Shown: positions 52,269 to 61,689, numbered from the stretch's first letter. The stretch: 64,000 nt of DNA from an uncultured bacterium (GCA_963753285.1 CAVWBT010000010.1:240481-304480), one strand, 5' to 3'. Notes: generated by a model not told the origin, from the letters alone. Program-made: numbers and translations.

Positions 52269-52445
52269 TGTTCCCCACGCAGTACCGAAAGGTCCCTGCC
52301 GCCTGGGTGTTCCCCACGTAGTGGGGAAAGGTCCCTGCCGGCGAGGAACGAGCCGGGAGGTAAGGGGCCAACTCCCACGCATCGGTGGTCGCGCATGGCG
52401 TGTGCGCTGGAGTTGTCCCCCTTCCTCCGAACCGCCTCGCGATGG
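52269..52445. repeat. MITE-like palindromic repeat element copy 1
   Basis: A 37-bp direct half-repeat, then a 67-bp arm gtgttccccacgtagtggggaaaggtccctgccggcgaggaacgagccgggaggtaaggggccaactcc, a 33-bp loop, and an inverted partial arm ggagttgtcccccttcctcc. Confidence 0.7.
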
Positions 52446-52527
52446 ACCGCCGCCGTCGGATCTACGCGACGCTTGATCCTCTCGAAGGCGGTTCGCAGGG
52501 ACCTTCCCCCAGCGAGCTGGGGGACAT

Positions 52528-53511
52528 CTACGGGATGAGCAGGACCTTGCCGGTCGTGTTTCGGGATTCGAGGGCGGTGTGGGCGGCGGCCGCTTCCGAG
52601 ACCGGGTAGGTGGCGCCGATCCGCACGTCGAGGTGGCCCGATTCCATCCAGGCGAAGAGATCGGCCGCCCTCGATCTGAGCTCCTCGGGGCCGGAGATGT
52701 AGTCGAACAGCGTCGGGCGGGTGAGGTAGATCGAGCCGTTCGTCATCAGGTCGAGCGGCGAGACCGGGTCGACCGGCCCCGAAGCGTTGCCGAACGTGAC
52801 CATCATCCCCCTCGGTCGCAGCACCGTGATGCCCTTGGCGAACGTGGTCTTCCCGACTCCGTCATAGACGACGTCGATCGGCCGATGTCCGGCGATCTCG
52901 GTGATGGCGTCGGCGAAATCGACGTCCCGATACTTGATGACGTGGTCTGCGCCCGCCGCCTCGGAGAGCTCGGCCTTCTCGTCGCTGCCGACGGTCGTGA
53001 ACACCTCGGCACCCTTGAGTTTGGCGATCTGGGTCAGCAAGAGACCCACGCCACCTGCTCCGGCATGGATGAGCGCGGTCTGGCCGGGTTGCAGGGGGAA
53101 CGTGTCGGTGGCGAGATAGTGGGCGGTCAGGCCCTGGAGCATGACAGCAGCTGCCGTGTCCAGCGGCACGCTCTCGGGAACGTGGACCAGGCTGTCCTGT
53201 GCTGCGGCTTTCCGCTCGGCGTAGCTCCCGATGGAACTGGTCCAGGCGACCCGATCGCCGACCGAGAAGCCCTCGACCTCCGAGCCGACGGCGGTGATCG
53301 TCCCCGAGCCCTCGAGGCCGGGCGTGAACGGCAGCTCCATCGGGTAGAGCCCGCCGCGGTGATAGGTGTCGATGAAGTTCACGCCGGCTGCGGCGACCTT
53401 CACGACCACGTGCGACGGCTCGAGCTCGGGCTCTGGGAGTTCGCCGTATTCGAGAACCTCCGGTCCGCCTGTGGACCTGACCGAGATCCCACGGTTGGGT
53501 GTGCTGCTCAT
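52528..53511 (-). CDS. qor: NADPH:quinone oxidoreductase (zinc-type MDR family)
   Basis: Internal ATG at 53511 with GGAGGA RBS. Nucleotide-binding motif AGAGGVGL and an MDR length of 327 aa. Confidence 0.85.
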   Translation of the reverse strand: MSSTPNRGISVRSTGGPEVLEYGELPEPELEPSHVVVKVAAAGVNFIDTYHRGGLYPMELPFTPGLEGSGTITAVGSEVEGFSVGDRVAWTSSIGSYAERKAAAQDSLVHVPESVPLDTAAAVMLQGLTAHYLATDTFPLQPGQTALIHAGAGGVGLLLTQIAKLKGAEVFTTVGSDEKAELSEAAGADHVIKYRDVDFADAITEIAGHRPIDVVYDGVGKTTFAKGITVLRPRGMMVTFGNASGPVDPVSPLDLMTNGSIYLTRPTLFDYISGPEELRSRAADLFAWMESGHLDVRIGATYPVSEAAAAHTALESRNTTGKVLLIP

Positions 53512-53951
53512 GTCTCCTCCGGTTCCTCGACGGTCCATCCTCGCCTCGTGAGCTCTTCTGCGAGCGCGTGATCGGAGAACCCGAGGAGGTCCGGCGCCCA
53601 CTCCCGGTGCGTCGGGATCTCGTCCATCAGGAGCTCCTCGACCGGATCGCGGAGTGTCCGCGCCCACGCCCGTCCCCTCGCCTGACCGTGCTCGCTCAGC
53701 GTCGAATCGGGGTTCACCACGAAGACCCGCGCCTCGGATTGGGGGTTCGCCCGCGATCCGCGTTCTCCGTACACCAGCACCACCGAACCGGCCGGGACGT
53801 CCTGGATCCCGCCGGTTGCGATGAAGTCGCCGATGAACGCCCACCCCGACGACTTCGTGGGGTCCACCGAGTGCACCACCTTCGCCCAGTTCTTGTGTCG
53901 TTCGTCCCCGACCTGGGGGATCTCGACCGCGACGACCGGTGTCTCGTTCAT
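53508..53951 (-). CDS. hypothetical protein
   Basis: 147 aa, coupled to qor (ATGA). No recognisable motif. Confidence 0.4.
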   Translation of the reverse strand: MNETPVVAVEIPQVGDERHKNWAKVVHSVDPTKSSGWAFIGDFIATGGIQDVPAGSVVLVYGERGSRANPQSEARVFVVNPDSTLSEHGQARGRAWARTLRDPVEELLMDEIPTHREWAPDLLGFSDHALAEELTRRGWTVEEPEET

Positions 53952-54062
53952 CCGTATGCCCCGGATCCGTTCATGCCGCCGGAGCGTACCGCTGCGGTTG
54001 CGGCAGTGGAACCCGCGCCAGGATCGGGAATCCCGTCTCTCCGCCGGGTTAGTGTTGCGCCG

Positions 54063-55061
54063 ATGGCACGACTTCGACTGTTCGCCGGCTTGCGCGATGT
54101 CGCCGGCACGAGCTCGATCGAGATCGACGAGCCCACCGTGGCGCAGGTGATCGAGTCTGCCGCCGCTCGGTTTGGGCCGGCATTCTCAGAAGCTGCCCAG
54201 CGGGCGCGCGTCTGGGTCAATGGTGACGAAGCAGAGGACGGGCAGGCAGTCGGCCCGACCGACGAGGTTGCGCTGATCCCGCCGGTGTCGGGTGGTGCAG
54301 GTCCGATGACCGAGCTCCCAACGGGTTCGGAGGCGATCGTCGGACTCGTCGTCGGTCTCGTGCTCATCTTCGTCAACACCCTCGAGGGCAGCACCTGGTG
54401 GTCGGTCGCCGTCGTCGGCGTCGTCGTGGCCTGGATGGCCGATGTTGCATCCATCGCGGCTCAGCGGGCACGAGACATACCGCTCATCCCGGCGATGCTC
54501 TCCGTTGTCGCCGCGGTGGTGTCCACTCGAACCCTCGGGACCGACGGGGTAGGGATCACGTTGATGGTCTCCGTGGTCGTGCCGCTCGCCTGGTCCGTGG
54601 CCTCCGACGAGTCGAGAGCGCTCGTGGCGCTGGTGCCCTCGCTCGTGGTCTCCGTCGTGTCCTCGGCGGCGGTCGCCTCGCTGCTGCTGTCTCGGGACTC
54701 GTTCACGCCCACCAATCGCGCCACCGGTGTGTTGATCACCGTCGCGATCGCAGCGATCGCGATCGGCGCGGTGATCGAACGCTTTTCTCATCTGCCGTTC
54801 GGTGATCCATTCACCGCCACGACGCTGGGGGCGATCGGGACCTCTCTTGCGATCGCCAGCATCTGGGATCTGGACCTCGTCACCTTCCTGATCATGGGAG
54901 TCGTCATCGCTGCGTCGCTGATCGCCGGGCGCGGGTTGGGTTCGCTCCTCAGGACTCGGCGGGTCGAATTGATCAACCGGCCACCTGGGCTGTTGGCGTC
55001 ACTCGACGGTCTGATACTCGCTGCAGCGGTGTTTCTCCCGGTGCTCCGCCTGGTCGCCTGA
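54063..55061 (+). CDS. MoaD/ThiS-like beta-grasp domain fused to polytopic membrane domain
   Basis: The N-terminal ~80 aa resemble MoaD (MARLRLFAGLRDVAG...VALIPPVSGG). The Gly-Gly is internal, followed in-frame by ~6-7 TM helices. Confidence 0.5.
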   Translation: MARLRLFAGLRDVAGTSSIEIDEPTVAQVIESAAARFGPAFSEAAQRARVWVNGDEAEDGQAVGPTDEVALIPPVSGGAGPMTELPTGSEAIVGLVVGLVLIFVNTLEGSTWWSVAVVGVVVAWMADVASIAAQRARDIPLIPAMLSVVAAVVSTRTLGTDGVGITLMVSVVVPLAWSVASDESRALVALVPSLVVSVVSSAAVASLLLSRDSFTPTNRATGVLITVAIAAIAIGAVIERFSHLPFGDPFTATTLGAIGTSLAIASIWDLDLVTFLIMGVVIAASLIAGRGLGSLLRTRRVELINRPPGLLASLDGLILAAAVFLPVLRLVA

Positions 55062-55066
55062 CGGAT

Positions 55067-55426
55067 TCAGGCACGGCCGAGCGAATAGCCGATCGCAGCT
55101 GCCGCGAGCCCCACCAGCACAGACACGAAGACGTTCATGAGCGCAAGTTGCCACCGTCCGCCATCGAGCAACAGCACCGTTTCGGCGGAGAAGGTCGAGA
55201 AGGTCGTGAATCCCCCGAGAACTCCCGTCAGGAGGCCGATCTGAATCGCCGGATCGGCGGAACGGTCGGAGAACCAGCCGATCAGGAACCCGAGCGCGGC
55301 GGAACCGAGCAGGTTCACGAGGATCGTCCCCCACGGTGACATCCGCTCGTTGATCGGCGTCGACAGCAGATACCGGCCAACCGCTCCGATGGCCCCACCA
55401 ACCGCGACAAACAGGACGATGCGCAT
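55067..55426 (-). CDS. crcB: fluoride exporter CrcB/Fluc
   Basis: 119 aa, 4 TM. Motifs GAIGAVGRYLLS and GFTTFSTFS. ATG at 55426. Confidence 0.8.
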   Translation of the reverse strand: MRIVLFVAVGGAIGAVGRYLLSTPINERMSPWGTILVNLLGSAALGFLIGWFSDRSADPAIQIGLLTGVLGGFTTFSTFSAETVLLLDGGRWQLALMNVFVSVLVGLAAAAIGYSLGRA

Positions 55427-55523
55427 GGACGGCAGCCTACGGCTGCTGGCTCTTGGCTCTTGGCTCCTGGCGGGCGGTGGAGGCTTCGACGTCGTGACGT
55501 GTGACGTGAGACCCGGCACGATC

Positions 55524-55558
55524 ATCTGTCATCTGTCATCTGTCATCTGTCATCTGTC
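55524..55558. repeat. heptamer microsatellite (atctgtc) x5
   Basis: Perfect tandem copies in the divergent crcB / M23-peptidase intergenic region. gtgacgt x2 lies adjacent. Confidence 0.85.
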
Positions 55559-55603
55559 CTTTCGCGTCTGGCGTGTTTCGCGCACCGGGGTACCATGCCG
55601 GGT

Positions 55604-56695
55604 ATGCGAATGAAGTCCGCGCTCCGCGGTCTGGTGTTCTTCGTCTCTGTCGCTCTCTTCGGGTCGGTGGTTCAGCTGCCGGCCCTCTCTGTCACCAAGA
55701 GCCAGGTCGATGCCGCCTGCGCCAGCTCCAGCGCTCAGTACGGCATCTACCAGGAGAAGCAGCGAGAAGCCGACGCGGCCCTGCTCGCCTGGGAACAGAC
55801 GCTCGGCGAGATCGCGGCGCTGGAGGATCAGCGCGCGTACATCGACGAGTCGATCGACCGGCGTGCCGGCCAGATCGAGGCCTCGGGCGACGAGATCAAC
55901 GAACTGGCCGTCGAGCTGTACATGGAGGCCGGGGGAACGTCGTCGATCGTGCTGTTCGCAGGGTCATTGGACGAGGCGCTGACGGGAAACGAGCTGCTGG
56001 ACGCCGCCACGGGAGACAGCATGGCGGCCCTCGACGACCTGCTCGCCATCCGCAACGACCTCGATCGCTTCCAGGGTGAATTGGTGCAGCTCGACGCCCA
56101 GTTGCGCGAGGTCGAAGCCGAGCGGGCAGCGTTCACCGAGACGCTTCGTGCGATCGAGGAGGAGGCAGCGACCGAGTTCAACAAGCTCTCGTCGGAGTGT
56201 CGGGATCTCACCACTCAGTACAACCGTGAACAGGCCGCTGCCGAGGCTGCCCGCAGGCTCGCCGCCGGCGGCCGCTCGGCCGGCGTGGGGGCGATCAGCG
56301 GCTTCCGATGCCCCATCCCAGGGTCGTCGTTCATCGACTCGTGGGGCTTCCCGCGCTCCGGTGGTCGTTCACACAAGGGCACCGACATGTTCCAGTCGTG
56401 GAACGCCAGCATCATCGCCGTGGCCGACGGCACGGTCTCGCTCAGGAGCGGCGGCCTCGGCGGCAAGACCATCTGGTTGAACGGCGACGATGGCCACGCC
56501 TACTACTACGCCCACCTCTCCGACTACGCGGTCTCGAACGGTGCCCGTGTTTCCGCAGGCCAGCTCATCGGCTACAACGGTGACTCGGGCAACGCCTACG
56601 GCGGGCCACCCCATCTCCACTTCGAGATCCACCCCGGTGGACGTGGCGCTTCAGCCGTCAATCCATATCCGACCGTCGCAGCCGCCTGCCGGTAG
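55604..56695 (+). CDS. M23-family peptidase with N-terminal coiled coil (EnvC/LytM-like)
   Basis: Signal/TM at the N-terminus. The C-terminal LytM motif includes HKGTDMF...YYAHL...HLHFEI. Confidence 0.8.
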   Translation: MRMKSALRGLVFFVSVALFGSVVQLPALSVTKSQVDAACASSSAQYGIYQEKQREADAALLAWEQTLGEIAALEDQRAYIDESIDRRAGQIEASGDEINELAVELYMEAGGTSSIVLFAGSLDEALTGNELLDAATGDSMAALDDLLAIRNDLDRFQGELVQLDAQLREVEAERAAFTETLRAIEEEAATEFNKLSSECRDLTTQYNREQAAAEAARRLAAGGRSAGVGAISGFRCPIPGSSFIDSWGFPRSGGRSHKGTDMFQSWNASIIAVADGTVSLRSGGLGGKTIWLNGDDGHAYYYAHLSDYAVSNGARVSAGQLIGYNGDSGNAYGGPPHLHFEIHPGGRGASAVNPYPTVAAACR

Positions 56696-56704
56696 TCTGT
56701 TCCC

Positions 56705-57238
56705 ATGCCGCAGCATCGCAGACGTCTCGACCGTGTCCTCGACCCCGAGTACCTCGAAGGGCTCGACGACATGACCCTCGACGAGCTCCGCGAGCACAGG
56801 GGCACCGCAGTCGAAGTCGAGAACGAACTGTCCTACTACCGGCGACTGCTCTACGGCCGCATGGATCTCGTCAAGTTCGAGCAGCGGCGTCGAACGGGTG
56901 AAGAGGATCGTTCGCTCATCGATTCGCTCGTCGACATCCTCACGGACCCCGAGCGGGAAGATCGCACCGAACCGCGCGGGACGCGCCACATCGTCACCGA
57001 CCTCCCTCCGCTGCCCGACACCGGCAAACGCGACATCGACGAGGTGATGGGCGATGGGGTCCTCACCCGCCTCGACGAGGCAACGGAAGAAGAACTGCAG
57101 GCATCCCTCGACGGATTCGAGCGGATGCTGTCCGAGATCAACGCTCAGCGTGTCGACGCCCAACGCGTCATCGACACCCTCAGCGAGTTGATCGCCGAAC
57201 GCTTCAAGGCCGAGGTCTCGGCCCCTGGCGACGACTGA
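56705..57238 (+). CDS. conserved hypothetical two-helix coiled-coil protein
   Basis: 177 aa, acidic. Helix 1 contains E-x3-S-x2-R-x3-Y-x3-D. Confidence 0.5.
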   Translation: MPQHRRRLDRVLDPEYLEGLDDMTLDELREHRGTAVEVENELSYYRRLLYGRMDLVKFEQRRRTGEEDRSLIDSLVDILTDPEREDRTEPRGTRHIVTDLPPLPDTGKRDIDEVMGDGVLTRLDEATEEELQASLDGFERMLSEINAQRVDAQRVIDTLSELIAERFKAEVSAPGDD

Positions 57239-57250
57239 GCCGACGTCGAG

Positions 57251-58196
57251 GTGTTGGCGAGGGTCACCCGCTCCGGCGTGACGGAGTCGGTGCACGACGG
57301 TGCCGTCGCCGTCGTCGACACCAACGGCAGACTGATCGCTTCGTACGGAGACATCGACTGGCCGTTCTTCGCCCGGTCATCGATCAAGCCCTTCCAGGGC
57401 ACCGTCGCCCTCGAACTCGGAGCCGAGCTCCCACCCGAGTGGCTCGCGTTGGCATGCGCCAGTCACACGGGTGCCCCGATCCACATCGCCATCGTTCGCG
57501 AGATGCTGCGGTCCGCAGGACTGTCCGAAGGCCAACTCCGGACACCGCCTGATTGGCCAGATGGCGACAACCGTGATCGCCTGCTGCGCGACTCGCAGCG
57601 TGAGCCCGAATCGGTGTTCCACAACTGCTCGGGCAAACACGCCGCCTTCCTGATGGCGTGCGCCGCGTCCGGCTGGGACCTCGATACGCTACACCGAACC
57701 GTCGCATCCGCTCCAGCAGAGCGTGCGCGTGACGCTCGAGGACGTGACCGGCTGGGCAGGGCTCGAGGTCGGTGTCGACGGGTGCGGAGCTCCCACGTTC
57801 ACGGTCTCGACGAGGTCGCTTGCGAATGCGTTCGTCCATCTCGGGAATGACGAACGGTTCAACCGTGTTTTCGATGCGATGCATCGATTCCCCCGATTGT
57901 CCTCCGGGATGGGCCGTCCCGACGCCGAGTTCGCCATTCACACCAACGGCGTCTCCAAGCGCGGAGCAGAAGGCAATCTCGGCCTCTCGATCAGAGGTCG
58001 AGGCGCCATCGCCATCAAGGTCGCCGATGGAGACAGTCGGGCCATCGGCCCGGTCGTCACTGCCGTCCTCACCCAGCTCGACTGGCTGACCCCGACGATG
58101 TCGAACGCCCTGTTCGCCGCCACCCGGGTGCCGATGTCCGGTGGTGGGCGCGAGGTCGGTACGGTGGAATCAGTCGTTCGACTCAATCTGACATGA
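57251..58196 (+). CDS. asparaginase family protein (PF06089-like), frameshift near 57700
   Basis: The N-terminal frame has NCSGKHAAFL. The conserved HPLQQSV ... GVDGCGAP block and the C-terminus are in the frame of listed ORF 57723..58196. Confidence 0.7.
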
Positions 58197-59107
58197 CGAT
58201 CCCCGCCACCACCCTCCCGCGACTTCCTGCACTCCGGCCCCTCGCCCCGGCGGTCGGCCCGTTCCCGCTCGCCACCTTCGTCGACGCGGTCACGACGTTT
58301 CGGGGCGAGAGCGTCGACATCGTCGGCGACGAGCGGGGTGCCTTGCCGCTCACCGTGACCGATGGTGCGGTGCGCATCGCCGGACATCCAGATCTGACCG
58401 ACTATCACTCGCCGCTCGGCGACGACGTCACTGCGATCGCCGACGCGCTCGCGAGGATGATCGACGACGGCTGCGCATTGGACCTCGACTCGCTCCCCGA
58501 AGAGGCCTGCGGTCCGCTGGCCGCTGCGCTGAGCGCACGGAGCGTCGACATCGCCGTCGAGGAGCACACCGTCACGGCGATCGTCGCCCTGCCCGACACC
58601 TTCGACGACTACCTGGGCATGCTGTCGAAGAAGCAGCGTCACGAAGTGCGTCGCAAGCGGCGCCGCTACGAGGACGTCCTGGGCGAGGTGGTGCACGAAG
58701 TCCACCACGAGCCGGACTGGGCGTTCGACGAGTTCGTGCGGCTCCATCGGCTCTCCGAAGGCGACAAGGGAGAGTTCATGACGCCGGCTCGAGAAGCCTT
58801 CTTCGCGACGCTGGTGCAGCTCGAAGGCTGGAGACTCGACGTCTTGCGGGTTCCCGGGACCGACCGGGCCGCCGCATGCCTGGTCTCCTTCTCGGACGAT
58901 CAGGGGATCTATCTGTACAACTCGTCGTACGACCCCCATCTCTCGGAGGCGTCGCCCGGGATCGCCATCGTCGGGACGCTCATCGAGCAGGCCATCGCCG
59001 AGGGCCTGCCCCGCTTCGACTTCCTCAAAGGCGATGAGACCTACAAGTTCCGCCTCGGAGCAGAATCCCGCCCGCTGTACCGGATCTCGGCCGGAGTGAA
59101 GGCATGA
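58193..59107 (+). CDS. GNAT-fold acyltransferase (Acetyltransf_6/FemAB-like)
   Basis: 304 aa. ATG overlaps the upstream stop (ATGA). The C-terminal half has a GNAT-like beta-strand pattern. Confidence 0.6.
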   Translation: MTIPATTLPRLPALRPLAPAVGPFPLATFVDAVTTFRGESVDIVGDERGALPLTVTDGAVRIAGHPDLTDYHSPLGDDVTAIADALARMIDDGCALDLDSLPEEACGPLAAALSARSVDIAVEEHTVTAIVALPDTFDDYLGMLSKKQRHEVRRKRRRYEDVLGEVVHEVHHEPDWAFDEFVRLHRLSEGDKGEFMTPAREAFFATLVQLEGWRLDVLRVPGTDRAAACLVSFSDDQGIYLYNSSYDPHLSEASPGIAIVGTLIEQAIAEGLPRFDFLKGDETYKFRLGAESRPLYRISAGVKA

Positions 59108-60333
59108 TCCAACGAGTCGCCTATCTCTCGATGCACACCTCGCCGCTCATGCAACCGGGCGTCGGCAACGCCGGCGGTATGAACGTCTACATCGACGAAC
59201 TCGCCCGAACCATGGTCGGTCGTGGCGTCGCCGTCGACGTCTTCACCCGGCGCACAGACCCCGATCAACCGGATCTCGTCGAGGCGGGCGATGGCTACCG
59301 GGTGTTTCACGTCGATGCCGGCCCGCCGGCGCAGGCTCCGATCGGCGACATGGTCGACTGGGTCCACCAGTTCGCCGAAGGTGTGATGGCGGTCCTCGAC
59401 CAGGATCCCCCCGATCTGGTGCACAGTCACTACTGGCTGAGCGGTTCCGCCGGGCTCGTCGTCAAGCGCAAGCTCGGCATCCCGCTGGCGAACTCGTTCC
59501 ACACGCTGGGCCGAGTCAAGGATCTCGCCAAACGATTCGACGAGGCACCGGAGTCGACCGCCCGGATCGCGGCGGAGATGGAGGTCATCGCCGAGTCGGA
59601 CTGTGTCGTCGCCGCCACCCCGCTCGAAGCCCAGGAACTGATGGAGCACTACGGAGCCGATCCGACACGGCTGTGCACGTCACCCCCGGGCATCGACCAC
59701 GAAGTGTTCTCCCCAGGTGACCGGACGAGCGCGCGGCGGGCCGTCGGCTGGCACATCGACGGGACCCACGCGGTGGTCGCCGGGCGGATCCAGCCGTTGA
59801 AGGGGGTCGACGTGGCACTCGAAGCGGCTTCGATCATCGCCTCACAGATTCCCGAGTTTCGGCTCTCGGTGATCGGAGGAGCGTCGGGACCGAGCGGCGA
59901 GGCCGAATTCGAGCGGCTCACAGCCCGCGCCGCCGAACCCGACCTCGCCGGAGTCGTCGACTTCCACGATGCCGTGCCCCACACCGAGCTCGCAGAGTTC
60001 TACCGGGCCGCCGACGTGGTGATGGTCCCTTCCCGCAGCGAGTCCTTCGGCCTGGTCGCGGCCGAGGCCCAGTCGTGTGGCGTGCCCGTGGTCGCAGCAC
60101 GCGTCGGTGGGCTCGAACATGTCGTAGCCGATGGTCGATCCGGCATCCTCGTCGACGGCTGGGATCCGAAGGACCACGCAGACGCAGTGGTCTCCGTGCT
60201 GTCCGACCCGAAGCTCTCGGCCCGATTGTCGTTGGGAGCGCTGCGCTGGTCGGAGCGGTTCAGCTGGGACTCGACCGCAAACCGGTTTCTCGAGCTGTAC
60301 GAGGGAGCCGTCAACCGTGCCGGGCGCGGCTGA
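59104..60333 (+). CDS. mshA: D-inositol-3-phosphate glycosyltransferase MshA (GT4), mycothiol biosynthesis
   Basis: The N-terminus YLSMHTSPLMQPGVGNAGGMNVYI is the MshA hallmark. The GT4 C-terminal motif E(x7)E region is present. Confidence 0.85.
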   Translation: MIQRVAYLSMHTSPLMQPGVGNAGGMNVYIDELARTMVGRGVAVDVFTRRTDPDQPDLVEAGDGYRVFHVDAGPPAQAPIGDMVDWVHQFAEGVMAVLDQDPPDLVHSHYWLSGSAGLVVKRKLGIPLANSFHTLGRVKDLAKRFDEAPESTARIAAEMEVIAESDCVVAATPLEAQELMEHYGADPTRLCTSPPGIDHEVFSPGDRTSARRAVGWHIDGTHAVVAGRIQPLKGVDVALEAASIIASQIPEFRLSVIGGASGPSGEAEFERLTARAAEPDLAGVVDFHDAVPHTELAEFYRAADVVMVPSRSESFGLVAAEAQSCGVPVVAARVGGLEHVVADGRSGILVDGWDPKDHADAVVSVLSDPKLSARLSLGALRWSERFSWDSTANRFLELYEGAVNRAGRG

Positions 60334-60730
60334 GACCCTCTGGGAAGCGATCGAGCGCTGGATCGCCGACGAGGAGTCATCCGTCGAGTACGCCGAGCAG
60401 GTCGATGACCAGATCGCTGTGCGGATGCGTCAGGAAGCGAGAGACGCGTCGACCGTGTGGTGGTCTCCGGGACAGCGATCTCTGACCGCCGAGCTGTTCG
60501 TGATCCCCGAGCCGCACGTGAATCAGGAATCCGTCTACCGGCTGGCGCTCGACCGGAACCGATCGACCTTCCGGGTCCACTACGCCCTGGCGCGAGATGG
60601 CGGCATCGTCCTCCGGTCCCGCCTTTCGAACGAGTCCGTCTCGCTCGAACTGCTCGATCTGGTGCTGGGTGAGCTCTACGACCAGGTCGAGCTCACGTTC
60701 AGGCCGCTGGTGCGGTTGGCGTTCGCCTGA
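60317..60730 (+). CDS. YbjN-domain protein
   Basis: 137 aa. GTG at 60317 overlaps the mshA 3' end. YbjN-like (a YbjN-like gene also follows mshA in mycobacteria). Confidence 0.55.
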   Translation: MPGAAETLWEAIERWIADEESSVEYAEQVDDQIAVRMRQEARDASTVWWSPGQRSLTAELFVIPEPHVNQESVYRLALDRNRSTFRVHYALARDGGIVLRSRLSNESVSLELLDLVLGELYDQVELTFRPLVRLAFA

Positions 60731-60766
60731 ATCGCGAAAGATCTCGCTCGCCCGACGCCAGATTTC

Positions 60767-60787
60767 TTTCCACAGCCACTGTGGAAA
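60767..60787 (+). terminator. perfect 9-bp stem hairpin tttccacag-cca-ctgtggaaa
   Basis: Sits 37 nt downstream of the YbjN-gene stop. Confidence 0.4.
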
Positions 60788-61053
60788 GCAGCTGTGGATC
60801 CGGCCTCCGGTCGCTCGGGTTGGACGAAAGGAGCCTCGTTCTTTCCCGGACGGCGCGACGCGACGCCAAACCCGGGCCCGAACAGAGTCGGAGGAGGGGT
60901 AAGACACGGCAAAACGACCGTGTTGACCGGGTCCCGGCGGGTCGATACGTTCCGCACCACAACGCCCGAGGTGCTCGGTCGTCGATCCTCCGCTCGGGGA
61001 AGTGCGGTCCGATCGTTCGACATGGGTTCCTCGGGCGTTGGCAGTGTCGACCC

Positions 61054-61689
61054 GGGGGACGATCCCCCTGGAACCCCCTGATGGCACACCCGCCCCGCAT
61101 GTCACGCGGCCCGCGGCCAGCAACCCGGGTCTGTGACATGATGGGGGCGATGTCGACCTGGGGGACGATCCCCCTGGAACCCCCTGATGGCACACCCGCC
61201 CCGCATGTCACGCGGCCCGCGGCCAGCAACCCGGGTCTGTGACATGATGGGGGCGATGTCGACCTGGGGGACGATCCCCCTGGAACCCCCTGATGGCACA
61301 CCCGCCCCGCATGTCACACGGCCCGCGGCCAGCAACCCGGGTCTGTGACATGATGGGGGCGATGTCGACCTGGGGGACGATCCCCCTGGAACCCCCTGAT
61401 GGCACACCCGCCCCGCATGTCACGCGGCCCGCGGCCGGCAACCCGGGTCTGTGACATGATGGGGGCGATGTCGACCTGGGGGACGATCCCCCTGGAACCC
61501 CCTGATGGCACACCCGCCCCGCATGTCACGCGGCCCGCGGCCAGCAACCCGGGTCTGTGACATGATGGGGGCGATGTCGACCTGGGGGACGATCCCCCTG
61601 GAACCCCCTGATGGCACACCCGCCCCGCATGTCACGCGGCCCGCGGCCAGCATCCCGGGTCTGGGCTCGCGCAGCACCGTGAGACGTGA
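61054..61689. repeat. tandem repeat array, 6 x 106 bp, related to the 88-bp family
   Basis: Units start at 61054, 61160, 61266, 61372, 61478 and 61584. They share the modules GGGGGACGATCCCCCTGGAACCCCCTGATGGCA and CGGCCCGCGGCCAGCAACCCGGGTCTGTG with the 88-bp unit. The intervening segments differ. Confidence 0.9.

Noticed and set aside
55427-55560. Fluoride riboswitch upstream of crcB.
   Set aside because: No match to the conserved GAUGG...AACCGCC...CUGAUGA cores on the crcB-sense strand.
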